Shown one piece after another: positions 19,453 through 29,862 of a DNA stretch of 64,000 nt. The position numbers and the translations under genes are program-made. Source of the stretch: Candidatus Methanomethylophilaceae archaeon (GTDB lineage: Bacteria > Bacteroidota > Bacteroidia > Bacteroidales > Bacteroidaceae); assembly GCA_963594655.1 (NCBI GenBank), contig CAVBFD010000006.1:1-64000 (forward strand). Reading direction: 5' to 3'. The notes under the pieces are model-generated. The model was not told the origin of the DNA, searched no databases, and saw only the letters and a program-made list of their open reading frames with translations. The first letter of the stretch is position 1. The number at the start of each line of letters is the position of its first letter.

Positions 19453-21129
19453 TCACCTTTCCGCCCTCCTTTTCTGGAGCAGACGCAACGCCAGTCGACT
19501 GACGAACGCCTCACCTGTGGGACGGAACAAATCATGTCCGGCGGCGTTCAGATGCGCGGTGTCGTTAGCCCCCTGGAAATACTTCTTCCTGAAATCGGGG
19601 TCTCCTACCTTAATGACACACCGGTCGTTATAGTTGTCCAGTACCGGCACGTCATGTCTGCGGCACACATCACGGATTATTCCCATCACCTCCTTGAATC
19701 CGGGACTGTCGATGAACCACGGTGTGACATATCCTATCTGCGCGTCAGGGAATTTCCTCTCAATGTTTGTGAGGAGATGGTCCAGACTGTCGCGTACAGT
19801 CTGCAAGGAGTCGGCACAGGTTCCAGCCAGTCCCGCGTCATTATGTCCCGCTATAATCAGCACTATGTCGGCATCGTTGTCCATGTCACCGTACCTCTGC
19901 GAGAGAGACTTGCCGAACCCTTCCTTGGATCGGTCGAAGGCGATGCAAGACCCGTTGCGTCCATAATTCCTGTAGGTCATCCCATGTGCCTTTGCCACCT
20001 TGGCGTGCCATGTCTCCTCCTTTGCTGCCCTGTGGTTTGCCACATAACTGTCACCTATCACATTGACCGACAGTCCCGCCAGTGCGTCACGCTTCACCCT
20101 CCCGTCAAGCACAGGCCAACCCTCATCGTTGAAATGCATCTTCTTTATCACCAGTTTGGACGCGCCGCCGGCTGCCCTTGAATAGCCGTGCGCCATGAAA
20201 TACCACTGTCCGCCAAACTTATAGGCTGATGTGTGTCCGATACCATAGAAGTCACTGTCTCTCTCCGCCACGATGTCTCCGCCACCAGCCGCCATGTCCT
20301 TGCCCTTGCTGTCGAGATAAGGCCCGCTTATTTTCTTCGACCGTCCCACAGCCACCTTGTAGTTGCTGTCAGCGCCCTTGCAGCAATAGTCCCACGACAC
20401 AAACAGGTAATAGTACTTCCCCTCCTTTATTATAAAAGGTGCTTCGATGGCGTTGGCGCCGGCATCGGGAGCCTGACCGGCACGTTCCATATCCTCCTTC
20501 GACACCAGTTGTTTCATGTTGTTGCGCAGATACCTCCTTGCGATGGTCTTCGGTTTCCCCACTGGAGTCTTGAAGTCCTTGCCGAGCCTTACCAGTTGTA
20601 TGCCGTCCCAAAACGAACCCCACGAGAGCCACGGCCGTCCCTTTTCGTCTACAATCATGTTGGGGTCAATGGCGTTCCAGTTGGTCTTGTTCCCCACGCT
20701 CCGTACCACCACCCCCTGGTCAGTCCACCCGTAGTCGGGCGATTCCGGATTAAGGGTCCTGTTTGTCATCAGTCCAATAGCCGACCCGTTCTTGCCGAAC
20801 GTGGAGCAACTATAATACAAATACCATGTACCGTCATGGTACTGGATGTCGGGCGCCCATGTGTGGCCTCTGTATCCCGGAACGGAATCGACAGCCCACT
20901 GCGGCGCCTCCCTCATGACAGGTGGCATACGCCGCCATGTCATCATGTCGCCGGACACCATGCACCCGATGCCCTGACCTGTGGAATAGATGTAATACTT
21001 GCCGTCGCACTGTGCCATGACCGGGTCATGCACATCAGGGTCGGTGTCTACCCTGCCCTGTCCGTAGACGCTCTGAGTGAGCAGCATCGCAGCCGCCGCA
21101 CACAATAGTTGAAGTGGATATTTTTTCAT
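19453..21129 (-). CDS. Bifunctional secreted glycoside hydrolase family 43 (N-terminal beta-propeller) fused to SGNH/GDSL esterase domain
   Basis: Signal peptide; GH43-like HDPVM...DGKYYIY and WAPD blocks; C-terminal VIGDSY...GHNDAG...NAAGHDLF SGNH catalytic motifs. Confidence 0.65.
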   Translation of the reverse strand: MKKYPLQLLCAAAAMLLTQSVYGQGRVDTDPDVHDPVMAQCDGKYYIYSTGQGIGCMVSGDMMTWRRMPPVMREAPQWAVDSVPGYRGHTWAPDIQYHDGTWYLYYSCSTFGKNGSAIGLMTNRTLNPESPDYGWTDQGVVVRSVGNKTNWNAIDPNMIVDEKGRPWLSWGSFWDGIQLVRLGKDFKTPVGKPKTIARRYLRNNMKQLVSKEDMERAGQAPDAGANAIEAPFIIKEGKYYYLFVSWDYCCKGADSNYKVAVGRSKKISGPYLDSKGKDMAAGGGDIVAERDSDFYGIGHTSAYKFGGQWYFMAHGYSRAAGGASKLVIKKMHFNDEGWPVLDGRVKRDALAGLSVNVIGDSYVANHRAAKEETWHAKVAKAHGMTYRNYGRNGSCIAFDRSKEGFGKSLSQRYGDMDNDADIVLIIAGHNDAGLAGTCADSLQTVRDSLDHLLTNIERKFPDAQIGYVTPWFIDSPGFKEVMGIIRDVCRRHDVPVLDNYNDRCVIKVGDPDFRKKYFQGANDTAHLNAAGHDLFRPTGEAFVSRLALRLLQKRRAER

Positions 21130-21285
21130 GAATATTACGTGAGAACACTAATTTCAACGCAAATATATGGTAAAACAACGTACTATCCAACCATAATCAG
21201 TGTTTTTTCGAAAAAAACACAGGTCAAAGTGTATCGGAGACCAAATAATCATTATCTTTGCAAAGTAACAGAAAACACCACTGAG

Positions 21286-22074
21286 ATGAAAGGGATAAAA
21301 ATTACCAAGCGCGCTCATGAGGAAATGCGCAAGTTGTTTTCCTCAAGCAGATCCAAGATCAACAACATACACACTGACCCCGAACTGTCGGAGATAGTGG
21401 ACAATTTCGCGTTCGACAAGACACTGGAGAATACCGACGGCATCGTCCTGGAGAAGACACGTGTCATGTGCCTGTTGGCGACCATGATCGGATGCAATGC
21501 CATCAACGAGTTCAAGCAGTTCGTGGACGCCTGTCTCAACATGGGTGTCAAGCCGCGTGAGATACGTGAGATCGTGTATATGGCTTACCCTTATGTAGGC
21601 GCCGCCCAGTTGGTCGATTACAACCTGCTGATGAACGACATCTTCGAGAACAACGGCATACGTCTTCCGCTCGATCCCCAGAACACTGTCGCCAACGACG
21701 AGGAGGCTCTGGAGAAAGGCAAGCAACTGCTCGACGAGACCTTCGGCAAGGGTTCGGTGGACAGTCTCATCGCCTCCGCCCCGAAAGGACAGGAACACCT
21801 GACCAACTTCATGGCGGAGTACTGCTTCGGACGGTTCTATACCCGTACCGGCATCGACCCTCAGCACCGCGAGCTCATCGCCTTCTGTCTGTTGGCAGCC
21901 ATGGGCGGGTGCGACGACCGTCTGTATGTACACGCACAGGGATGCAAGAACCACAACATCTCGAAGGAGGAGATGATTGCGGTATGCACCATCATATTGC
22001 CGTGGATCGGTTTCCCGCGCACGCTCAATGCGGTATCTGTCATCAACAAGGCGTACTACGCGCAGATCATGTAA
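21286..22074 (+). CDS. Carboxymuconolactone decarboxylase (AhpD-like) family protein
   Basis: Two CMD-like helical repeats; TATCTTTG promoter motif at ~21253; earlier track start 21109 would overlap the GH43 gene start. Confidence 0.5.
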   Translation: MKGIKITKRAHEEMRKLFSSSRSKINNIHTDPELSEIVDNFAFDKTLENTDGIVLEKTRVMCLLATMIGCNAINEFKQFVDACLNMGVKPREIREIVYMAYPYVGAAQLVDYNLLMNDIFENNGIRLPLDPQNTVANDEEALEKGKQLLDETFGKGSVDSLIASAPKGQEHLTNFMAEYCFGRFYTRTGIDPQHRELIAFCLLAAMGGCDDRLYVHAQGCKNHNISKEEMIAVCTIILPWIGFPRTLNAVSVINKAYYAQIM

Positions 22075-22089
22075 CAAACTGTAGCGGAT

Positions 22090-22674
22090 ATGGCCGACCT
22101 GTTGACCCTTTACCATTCACTGCCAATGCTGCTCCAGATATTCTGGGGATGCGCCGTGGTGGCATCCCTCATCTTCATACTGCAGACCGCGCTCACACTT
22201 ATCGGCATCGACCATGTGGACACAGCCACCGACTTCGACGGAGGCGGCACCATGGATTTGGGCGGTGGGATGAACCTCTTCACCATAAGAAACCTCATGG
22301 GCTTCCTCATCGGTTTCGGGTGGACAGGTGTCTGCTTCTGGGACACGATAGACAGTAGGATACTGCTCACCCTGCTGGCACTTATTGTGGGTTTCCTCTT
22401 CGTGGGAATCTTCGTGTTCATCTACAGGCAGACCCGCAAACTTGAACACAACGGGGCGTTCAACATCAAGATGACGTTGGGACGCACAGCCGACGTGTAC
22501 CTCCGTATACCTGCCGCAGGAGACGGCAAGGGCAAGATTCAGATGAGCATCAACGGCGCGGTACAGGAGTTCGACGCGGTGACCGACGGATCGGAACTCA
22601 TCCCGACGGGACATAAGGTGAGGGTTACGGAAATCATCGACGGAGAGACAGTCCGGGTGACAGGCGACATATGA
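22090..22674 (+). CDS. NfeD-family membrane protein (SPFH partner)
   Basis: N-terminal TM helices plus C-terminal OB-fold-like soluble domain, immediately upstream of flotillin gene. Confidence 0.65.
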   Translation: MADLLTLYHSLPMLLQIFWGCAVVASLIFILQTALTLIGIDHVDTATDFDGGGTMDLGGGMNLFTIRNLMGFLIGFGWTGVCFWDTIDSRILLTLLALIVGFLFVGIFVFIYRQTRKLEHNGAFNIKMTLGRTADVYLRIPAAGDGKGKIQMSINGAVQEFDAVTDGSELIPTGHKVRVTEIIDGETVRVTGDI

Positions 22675-22732
22675 AGTCCTCATTTACAGAAAAACCAAAA
22701 ACAAGACCAATAACCAATAATCAATCACACAG

Positions 22733-24112
22733 ATGGAAGTATACATGATTTTCATTGCAATCATTGTGGCAGTGGTGTTCTTCATTGCGATAGTCAACAG
22801 ATACAGACGCTGCCCGTCAGACAAGATTCTGGTAGTTTACGGAACCACAGGCAAGCGGGGTTCTGCCAAGTGTATTCACGGAGGAGGCACATTCGTGTGG
22901 CCCATCATACAGGACTACGCCTACCTCAGTCTGACTCCAATCAGTATCGACGCCAACCTGACCAACGCGCTCAGCCGACAGAACATACGTGTCGACGTGC
23001 CGAGCCGCTTCACAGTCGGAATATCCACCGACCCCGAATACATGACGGCGGCAGCCGAGCGACTGCTCGGACTCACCCCAGGACAGATTCAGGAACTGGC
23101 GCGGGACATACTCTTCGGACAGTTACGTCTGGTCATCGCCACCATGAGCATAGAGGAACTCAACAACGACCGTGACAAGTTTCTTGAAGCGATAAGCGCG
23201 AACGTGGAAGTGGAACTCAAGAAGATAGGACTGAGGCTCATCAACGTCAACGTGACCGACATCAAGGACGAGTCGGGCTACATCGAGGCTCTCGGACGCG
23301 AGGCGGCAGCCAAGGCAATCAACGAGGCCAAGGTTAGGGTCGCGGAACAGGACAAGCTTGGAGAGATAGGAAAGGCGGAAGCGCAGAAAGAGACACGTAT
23401 ACGTACCAGTGCCGCCAACGCCGACGCGGTGCAGGGCGAGAACGCCGCCAAGATAGAGATTGCCAACTCAGAGTCGGCCCGCCGTCAGGCGGAAGCGGAG
23501 GCACAGCGCAAGGCCAACGCCGCGGAGAAGGTGGCAGAGGCGAAAGCGTTGCAGGAAGCGTACGCCGCAGAGCGTGAGGCGGAAGAGTCACGCGCGGAAC
23601 GTGAACGGTCTACCCAAACCGCCAACATCATCGTGCAGCAGGAGATAGAGAAGAAACGCCGTATCATCGAGGCTGAGGCTGAAGCTGAGAAGATACGTGT
23701 CAGCGCCAAAGGTGAGGCTGACGCCATCTTCGCCAAGATGGAGGCTGAGGCAAATGGTTACTACGAGGTACTCACCAAACAAGCCGCAGGTTACGACAAG
23801 ATGGTGCAGGCCGCGGGAGGCGACGCCGACAAGGCATACCAGCTGCTGCTCATCGAGAAACTGCCTGAACTGGTGAAGACCCAGGTGGACGCGATCAAGG
23901 GCATCAACATCGACCATGTGACTGTATGGGACAGTGGAACCGGCAAGGACGGCAAAGGCAGTACGGCCGGATTCCTGTCGGGACTGATGAAAAGCATCCC
24001 GCCACTCAACGAGCTGTTCGACCAAGCCGGACTCAACCTGCCGGAGTATCTCGCGAAGAAGAAAGAGACAGCCGCGGAAGAGGACTCATCCGAAAAGGAC
24101 GTGGAAGCATAG
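22733..24112 (+). CDS. Flotillin-like SPFH/band-7 domain protein
   Basis: N-terminal TM, SPFH domain, long EA-rich coiled-coil repeats (AEAEAQRKANAAEKVAEAKA). Confidence 0.75.
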   Translation: MEVYMIFIAIIVAVVFFIAIVNRYRRCPSDKILVVYGTTGKRGSAKCIHGGGTFVWPIIQDYAYLSLTPISIDANLTNALSRQNIRVDVPSRFTVGISTDPEYMTAAAERLLGLTPGQIQELARDILFGQLRLVIATMSIEELNNDRDKFLEAISANVEVELKKIGLRLINVNVTDIKDESGYIEALGREAAAKAINEAKVRVAEQDKLGEIGKAEAQKETRIRTSAANADAVQGENAAKIEIANSESARRQAEAEAQRKANAAEKVAEAKALQEAYAAEREAEESRAERERSTQTANIIVQQEIEKKRRIIEAEAEAEKIRVSAKGEADAIFAKMEAEANGYYEVLTKQAAGYDKMVQAAGGDADKAYQLLLIEKLPELVKTQVDAIKGINIDHVTVWDSGTGKDGKGSTAGFLSGLMKSIPPLNELFDQAGLNLPEYLAKKKETAAEEDSSEKDVEA

Positions 24113-24116
24113 GCTC

Positions 24117-25325
24117 ATGGGAGTACGTACATACACACTACTAATGACAGGACTTGTAGCGACCGGACTGAATGCCCGGTCGCTACAGTTCGATTTGTCG
24201 GTGGACAACCGGAGCGACATACACAAAAAGGACGAGCCGGTGGTTGTGAGACTCGACAAGTTGATCCGCCTCGACTTCACTGTCAAGGGAGCCGACATCC
24301 GCTGCGGAGGAGAGTCACTACCCTATCAGCTTGACGACATGGACGGTGACAACAAAGCCGACGAACTGGTGTTCCTCGTGGACATAGAAGCCGGTGGAAG
24401 TCGGACCTACAGCGTCAGACTTGACGAGGCTGAAGATGACAGGACATTCGAACCACGGGTGTATGCGGACATGCAACTCGACGACAAGAAAGGCAAGCAT
24501 CCGTTCATCACGTCCATCGAAGCGCCGGGTGACAGTTACCTGTACAGTGACCTCTACCACCACGGGGCGGCGTTCGAGAGTGAGATTACAGCCTACCGCG
24601 TCTACTTCGACCACAGGCAGAATATCGACATCTACGGAAAGAGGCTGAGACGACTGGAACTGGCGGACACCCATTTCTACACGACACCAGAACAGACGGG
24701 ACAAGACTACGGATGCGACGTGCTTTGGGCCGGCAACAGTATCGGATGCGGGTCGTTCAAGGGATGGGACGGCAAGAACACCGTGAATATCGGTCCTGTG
24801 AAGACAAGGGGACAGAAAGTGATTGCCGCCGGTCCGCTGCGTACCGTGGTCAAGGTATGGGACTACGGATGGGACGGACTCGACATGACACAGTATTATA
24901 TAATGTACGCGGGACACCGTGACTGCCATGTGCGTGTGGAGTTCGGTGGGCCACTGGACACACGGACGTTCACCACTGGAGTGCAGAAAGTGGGACAGAC
25001 ACCGGAGGGCTTCGCCCATGCGGACGGCACTGCCGCCTCATGGGGAGGCGACTATCCCGAGATGGGCAAGAAGGAGTTGTTTCCGCCAGAGACGGTGGGA
25101 CTGGCTGTGTACGTGCCTAAGCGGTATGTAGCCAAGGCACAGGAGACAGAACTCAACTATCTGCTGATACTGCAGGCGCCACAACAGACAGCCATCGACT
25201 ACTACGTGAGTTTCTGCGCCGACAAGGAGAAGGACGGCTACCACAGTGCCGCCGAGTGGTTCAAGGCGGTAAGCGGATGGAAAGAGGACGTGAGCAACCC
25301 GGTGAGTGTCAAAATAAAAGAATGA
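24117..25325 (+). CDS. Hypothetical secreted protein (signal peptide; possibly DUF4861-like)
   Basis: ORF with hydrophobic N-terminus, no recognisable catalytic motif. Confidence 0.35.
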   Translation: MGVRTYTLLMTGLVATGLNARSLQFDLSVDNRSDIHKKDEPVVVRLDKLIRLDFTVKGADIRCGGESLPYQLDDMDGDNKADELVFLVDIEAGGSRTYSVRLDEAEDDRTFEPRVYADMQLDDKKGKHPFITSIEAPGDSYLYSDLYHHGAAFESEITAYRVYFDHRQNIDIYGKRLRRLELADTHFYTTPEQTGQDYGCDVLWAGNSIGCGSFKGWDGKNTVNIGPVKTRGQKVIAAGPLRTVVKVWDYGWDGLDMTQYYIMYAGHRDCHVRVEFGGPLDTRTFTTGVQKVGQTPEGFAHADGTAASWGGDYPEMGKKELFPPETVGLAVYVPKRYVAKAQETELNYLLILQAPQQTAIDYYVSFCADKEKDGYHSAAEWFKAVSGWKEDVSNPVSVKIKE

Positions 25326-25665
25326 GCGGCATAAATGAATAAAATGGGGCTGTCAGCAAAATAAAAAGACAAGGCGTGCGTTTAGATAGGTGAAGACCAA
25401 ATAAATAACAAAACAATTCACCGCCTATGCAACATTCTACTTCAGACTTAAAGCTACATTGTTCCCAACTCACCCCGATTGCCACGTCAGGCAGACAGGT
25501 AGGTCATGTACGGTTGCATGCCAGTAGCGCGACACTCAACTTCATCCGTTTCTTCGCACACACGTACCAACCTACCGCTTGCGTGTAGACAGCAGGTGTC
25601 CCTACCGGTAAGCACACCGGCAGGACTACCCTATAATCAGGACAAACAGACATAAGTAGACAAAG

Positions 25666-28600
25666 TTGGAAACACAAAACGTATTGCGGCTGCTTGCGAA
25701 AGACCAGAACGGCAAACGGTTCGCAGACTCTCTAATCAACAAGAAATCAGACATCGTGGTGGACGGACTCATCGGTTCGTCCGCCGCTTTGTTGTTCGCC
25801 TCAACGGTAAAGACACTAAGCGACAAGGGAAAGACAGTGCCGCCACTGCTCTTCATCATGGACGACGAGGAGGAGGCCGGCTACTTCTACCACGACCTCA
25901 CCCAGATGCTTGGCGACACGGACATACTTTTCTTTCCCTCATCCTACAGAAGGGCCATAAAGTACAACCAGAAGGACGACGCCAACATAGTGTTGAGGAC
26001 GAACGTGCTGACATCGGTTTGCGCACCCGGAGGGGGAAACAGGATGATTGTGACCTACCCCGACGCACTGGCGGAACGGGTCATATCCAGACAGCAACTG
26101 TCAGCCGACACCATCAACATATCCAAGGGCGAGGAGATGGACATAAGCGAGTTGGAGACAAGACTGACGAAACTCGGTTTCCAATGCACGGACTACGTGT
26201 ACGAACCGGGACAGTTCGCCATCAGGGGAAGCATCGTAGACATCTTCTCGTTCAGCAACGACGAGCCTTACCGCATCGACTTCTTCGGGGACGAGGTGGA
26301 CAGTATACGCACGTTCGACACCCAGAGTCAACTGTCAGTGGACAGGATGGACACCGCATCCATCGTGCCGGCCCTGAAGGAACAGGACAACAACCAATAC
26401 ATCCATTTCATATCCTTCCTTCCGGAAGACACCGTCATCGTGGCACACGACCTGCGGTTCGTGGCAGACAAGATTGAGTTGGCCAAGCAGAGCGGATTCA
26501 GTAGACAGGCTGTGATTGAGACCCGGAGCGGACAGGACAACCCTGACTCCGTTCCCGAAACCGCCTTCATCGCCTCTGGCGAGGAGTTCGAGGGTATCAC
26601 GAGAGACAAGAGGAAGATAACAGCGGCGAAGGGCAGACTTGCTGACACCGCCATAGAGAAGGGACGCATACACATTCCGTTCGACACCACCGCACAGCCC
26701 CTCTTCCACAAGAATATGGAGATGATGACAGCCGAGTTTGAACGGCTCATAGGTGAAGGCTACAGTATCATGGTCTTTGCCGACAGCGAGAAACAGACGC
26801 AGCGGTTGGAAGGCATCTTCGACGCCAACCGCAAGGGAGAGGCAATCATCACCTTCAGTGCGGTCAACAAAGCCATACACGAGGGGTTCTCCCTCGACAG
26901 CGCAAAACTGTGCCTCTACACCGACCACCAGATATTCGACCGCTACCATAAGTACAACCTCAAGAGCGACAAGGCGCGCAAGGGCAAGGTGGCTCTCACG
27001 CTGAAGGAAATACAGCAGTTCGAGATAGGCGACTACGTGGTTCACATCGACCACGGCATCGGCAAGTTCGGGGGACTCGTGAGTATGCCCTCCAACGGAC
27101 AGATGCAGGAGATGATAAAACTCATCTACCAGAACGACGACATAGTGTACGTGTCCATCCACTCCCTCGGCAAGGTAGCCAAGTACAAGGGCAAGGAAGG
27201 CGCTCCGCCCAAGTTGAGCCGTATCGGAACAGGGGCGTGGGACAGGATGAAGGAGAGGGTCAAGACAAAAGTAAAGGACATAGCGCGCGACCTCATACGC
27301 CTCTACTCACAACGGCAGAAAGAGAAGGGCTTCGCCTTCAGCCACGACAGTTACATGCAACACGAACTGGAGGCTAGCTTCGTGTATGAGGACACGCCCG
27401 ACCAGATCAAGGCGACACAGGACGTGAAGGCTGACATGGAGAAGCCACAGCCGATGGACAGGCTGGTGTGCGGTGACGTGGGCTTCGGAAAGACGGAGGT
27501 GGCTATAAGGGCTGCCTTCAAGGCGGCTACTGACGGTAAGCAGGTGGCGGTACTCGTGCCTACCACCGTACTGGCTTACCAGCACTACAACACGTTCTCC
27601 AACCGTCTGAAGGACTTCCCTGTGAGAATCGAGTACCTCAGTCGGGCGCGCGACAGCAAGGCCTCCAAGGGAGTGCTGCAGGATTTGAAGGACGGGAAGG
27701 TAGACATCATCATAGGCACTCACAAACTGATTGGCAAGGAGGTGAAGTTCAAGGACCTCGGACTGCTTATCATCGACGAGGAGCAGAAGTTCGGAGTGGC
27801 GGTGAAGGAGAAACTCCGGCAGATGAAGATTAATGTGGACACACTGACGATGACAGCCACCCCCATCCCTCGCACCCTCCAGTTCTCGCTCATGGGAGCG
27901 AGAGACCTGAGCATCATACAGACCCCACCGCCCAACCGCTACCCCATACAGACGGAGATACACACGTTCTCGCCCGAAATCATAGCGGAGGCCATCAACT
28001 TCGAGATGAGCCGCAACGGACAGGTGTTCCTCGTCAACAACAAGATTAGCAACCTCGGGGAACTGAAGGACATGATCAACAGGTACGTACCCGACGCGAG
28101 AGTGTGCGTGGGACACGGACAGATGTCGCCACAGGAACTGGAGAAAATCGTCTACGACTTCATGAACCACGACTATGACGTGCTGCTCTCAACCACCATC
28201 GTGGAGAACGGCATCGACATACCCAACGCCAACACCATCATCATCAACGCCGCACACAACTTCGGACTGAGTGACCTCCACCAGATGCGCGGACGGGTGG
28301 GACGAGGCAACAGGAAAGCCTTCTGTTACCTGTTGGCTCCACCGCTGGCGTCGCTGAACGACGAGTCACGGAGACGGTTGCAGGCTCTGGAGAACTTCTC
28401 CGAACTGGGTTCGGGCCTGCAGATAGCCATGCAGGACCTCGACATAAGGGGAGCTGGCAACCTTCTTGGAGCGGAACAGAGCGGCTTCATAGCCGACCTC
28501 GGGTACGAGACCTACCAGAAAGTGCTGGCGGAGGCGATGGACGAGCTGAGGGACGAGATATACGACACCCCTGCCACTACCCTTGTCATGCCGGATGTAT

Positions 28601-29076
28601 TCGTGAGGGAGACGACCGTAGACTCCGACCTCGCAGCCTACCTGCCAGAGACCTACGTGCCGAGCAGCAGCGAGAGGATGAGCCTCTACAGGGAACTGGA
28701 CAATCTGACAAGACAAGAGCAACTGGACGAATACACCAAACGGTTGCTTGACCGCTTCGGGGAACTGCCGCATGAAGCGGAGGAACTGCTGAGGATACTG
28801 CCACTGAAATGGACTGCCGCCTCACTGGGATTCGAGAAGGTGACACTGAAAGCGGGAAAGATGATTCTCTACATGGTGAGCAACTTCAACAGTCCCTACT
28901 ACGACAGTAAGGCGTTCGAGAAGGTCATCGACTACGTGTCGTACCACCCCGGTGACGCCCGTCTGAGCGAACACGACAAAAAGCGCACACTTGAGATGAA
29001 AAGTGTACGCTCTATATCCGACGCCCTCGCCATACTTACGGCAATAAGCGGCAAGGAGAATGATTCCGACAATTAA
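25666..29076 (+). CDS. mfd: Transcription-repair coupling factor
   Basis: 1136 aa; UvrB-homology N-terminus, superfamily-2 helicase motifs (GDVGFGKTEVA, DEEQKFG), TRG motif; first in-frame start is TTG. Confidence 0.9.
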   Translation: METQNVLRLLAKDQNGKRFADSLINKKSDIVVDGLIGSSAALLFASTVKTLSDKGKTVPPLLFIMDDEEEAGYFYHDLTQMLGDTDILFFPSSYRRAIKYNQKDDANIVLRTNVLTSVCAPGGGNRMIVTYPDALAERVISRQQLSADTINISKGEEMDISELETRLTKLGFQCTDYVYEPGQFAIRGSIVDIFSFSNDEPYRIDFFGDEVDSIRTFDTQSQLSVDRMDTASIVPALKEQDNNQYIHFISFLPEDTVIVAHDLRFVADKIELAKQSGFSRQAVIETRSGQDNPDSVPETAFIASGEEFEGITRDKRKITAAKGRLADTAIEKGRIHIPFDTTAQPLFHKNMEMMTAEFERLIGEGYSIMVFADSEKQTQRLEGIFDANRKGEAIITFSAVNKAIHEGFSLDSAKLCLYTDHQIFDRYHKYNLKSDKARKGKVALTLKEIQQFEIGDYVVHIDHGIGKFGGLVSMPSNGQMQEMIKLIYQNDDIVYVSIHSLGKVAKYKGKEGAPPKLSRIGTGAWDRMKERVKTKVKDIARDLIRLYSQRQKEKGFAFSHDSYMQHELEASFVYEDTPDQIKATQDVKADMEKPQPMDRLVCGDVGFGKTEVAIRAAFKAATDGKQVAVLVPTTVLAYQHYNTFSNRLKDFPVRIEYLSRARDSKASKGVLQDLKDGKVDIIIGTHKLIGKEVKFKDLGLLIIDEEQKFGVAVKEKLRQMKINVDTLTMTATPIPRTLQFSLMGARDLSIIQTPPPNRYPIQTEIHTFSPEIIAEAINFEMSRNGQVFLVNNKISNLGELKDMINRYVPDARVCVGHGQMSPQELEKIVYDFMNHDYDVLLSTTIVENGIDIPNANTIIINAAHNFGLSDLHQMRGRVGRGNRKAFCYLLAPPLASLNDESRRRLQALENFSELGSGLQIAMQDLDIRGAGNLLGAEQSGFIADLGYETYQKVLAEAMDELRDEIYDTPATTLVMPDVFVRETTVDSDLAAYLPETYVPSSSERMSLYRELDNLTRQEQLDEYTKRLLDRFGELPHEAEELLRILPLKWTAASLGFEKVTLKAGKMILYMVSNFNSPYYDSKAFEKVIDYVSYHPGDARLSEHDKKRTLEMKSVRSISDALAILTAISGKENDSDN

Positions 29077-29807
29077 AATTCCAACTTGAACTCCGACAGG
29101 TCAATGGCGTGACCTGTCGCCGTATATGTTATCATGAGCAGGGCTACTATTGACACTCCGATACCGATTACACGGTTTATCCAGTAGATGATGCGCATGT
29201 TGTAGTTGTTGCGCACCTTGTCCACCAGCCACGTGAGCAAGTACCACCACAGGAGCGCGCCTACGATGATGAAGAGGTAACCCACACACTGGGCGATGAT
29301 GTTGTCCACGATGATGAAGGTGAACATCGAGAAAGTTGCCACGAACAGGAAGATGATGAGGGGGTTGGAGAACGTTACGGCGAACCCCGTGAAGAAGTTC
29401 TGCAGCAGGGAACCCTTGTTACGCTTCACCTCCTTTACGTTCTCAACAGGCTTGGACATGCACGTGTAGATACCGAAAAGCAACAGCAACGCGCCGCCCA
29501 CCATCTTCAGCCACATGGCTATTACGGGGTCTTCGATGATGTCCACCACCATCTTGATGCCGAGGCCTGTGACCAAGGCGTAGATAAGGTCGGACAGAGA
29601 CGCGCCACACCCTGTGGCGAAGCCCTCCCACCGTCCACGGTTGAGCGTGCGCTGGATGCAGAGGATTCCCACCGGACCCATTGGAGCTGACGCTATGATT
29701 CCTATTATAAGTCCCTTGAACACCATCTCTATGTAACTGGTGTCCTGAAGCCAGTCCTGAAAGGTCTCGTACTGTGGTAGCTGCGCGTTGATTAAGTTTA
29801 ATACCAT
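29073..29807 (-). CDS. LysE/RhtB-family amino-acid exporter-like membrane protein
   Basis: 6-TM protein with N-terminal APMGPVG motif characteristic of LysE-type translocators; track start GTG 29810, ATG 29807. Confidence 0.45.
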   Translation of the reverse strand: MVLNLINAQLPQYETFQDWLQDTSYIEMVFKGLIIGIIASAPMGPVGILCIQRTLNRGRWEGFATGCGASLSDLIYALVTGLGIKMVVDIIEDPVIAMWLKMVGGALLLLFGIYTCMSKPVENVKEVKRNKGSLLQNFFTGFAVTFSNPLIIFLFVATFSMFTFIIVDNIIAQCVGYLFIIVGALLWWYLLTWLVDKVRNNYNMRIIYWINRVIGIGVSIVALLMITYTATGHAIDLSEFKLEF

Positions 29808-29862
29808 CACCCTATTCTTGATATACGTTCATTGAAATAATAATTGTGGGGAAGATCGCGGG

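Noticed and set aside
20233-21108. 291-aa ORF antisense to the GH43-SGNH gene, and similar antisense ORFs (7706-8470, 21343-22116, 26335-27162, 27307-28170, 36787-37569, 45199-45933, 58607-59191, 60401-60973)
   Set aside because: Each overlaps a gene with strong family motifs on the opposite strand, and none has motifs of its own.
21109-21285. Track start at 21109 for the CMD-family gene
   Set aside because: It would overlap the divergent GH43 start codon region and precede the TATCTTTG promoter motif at ~21253. The ATG at 21286 (MKGIKI…) is better placed.
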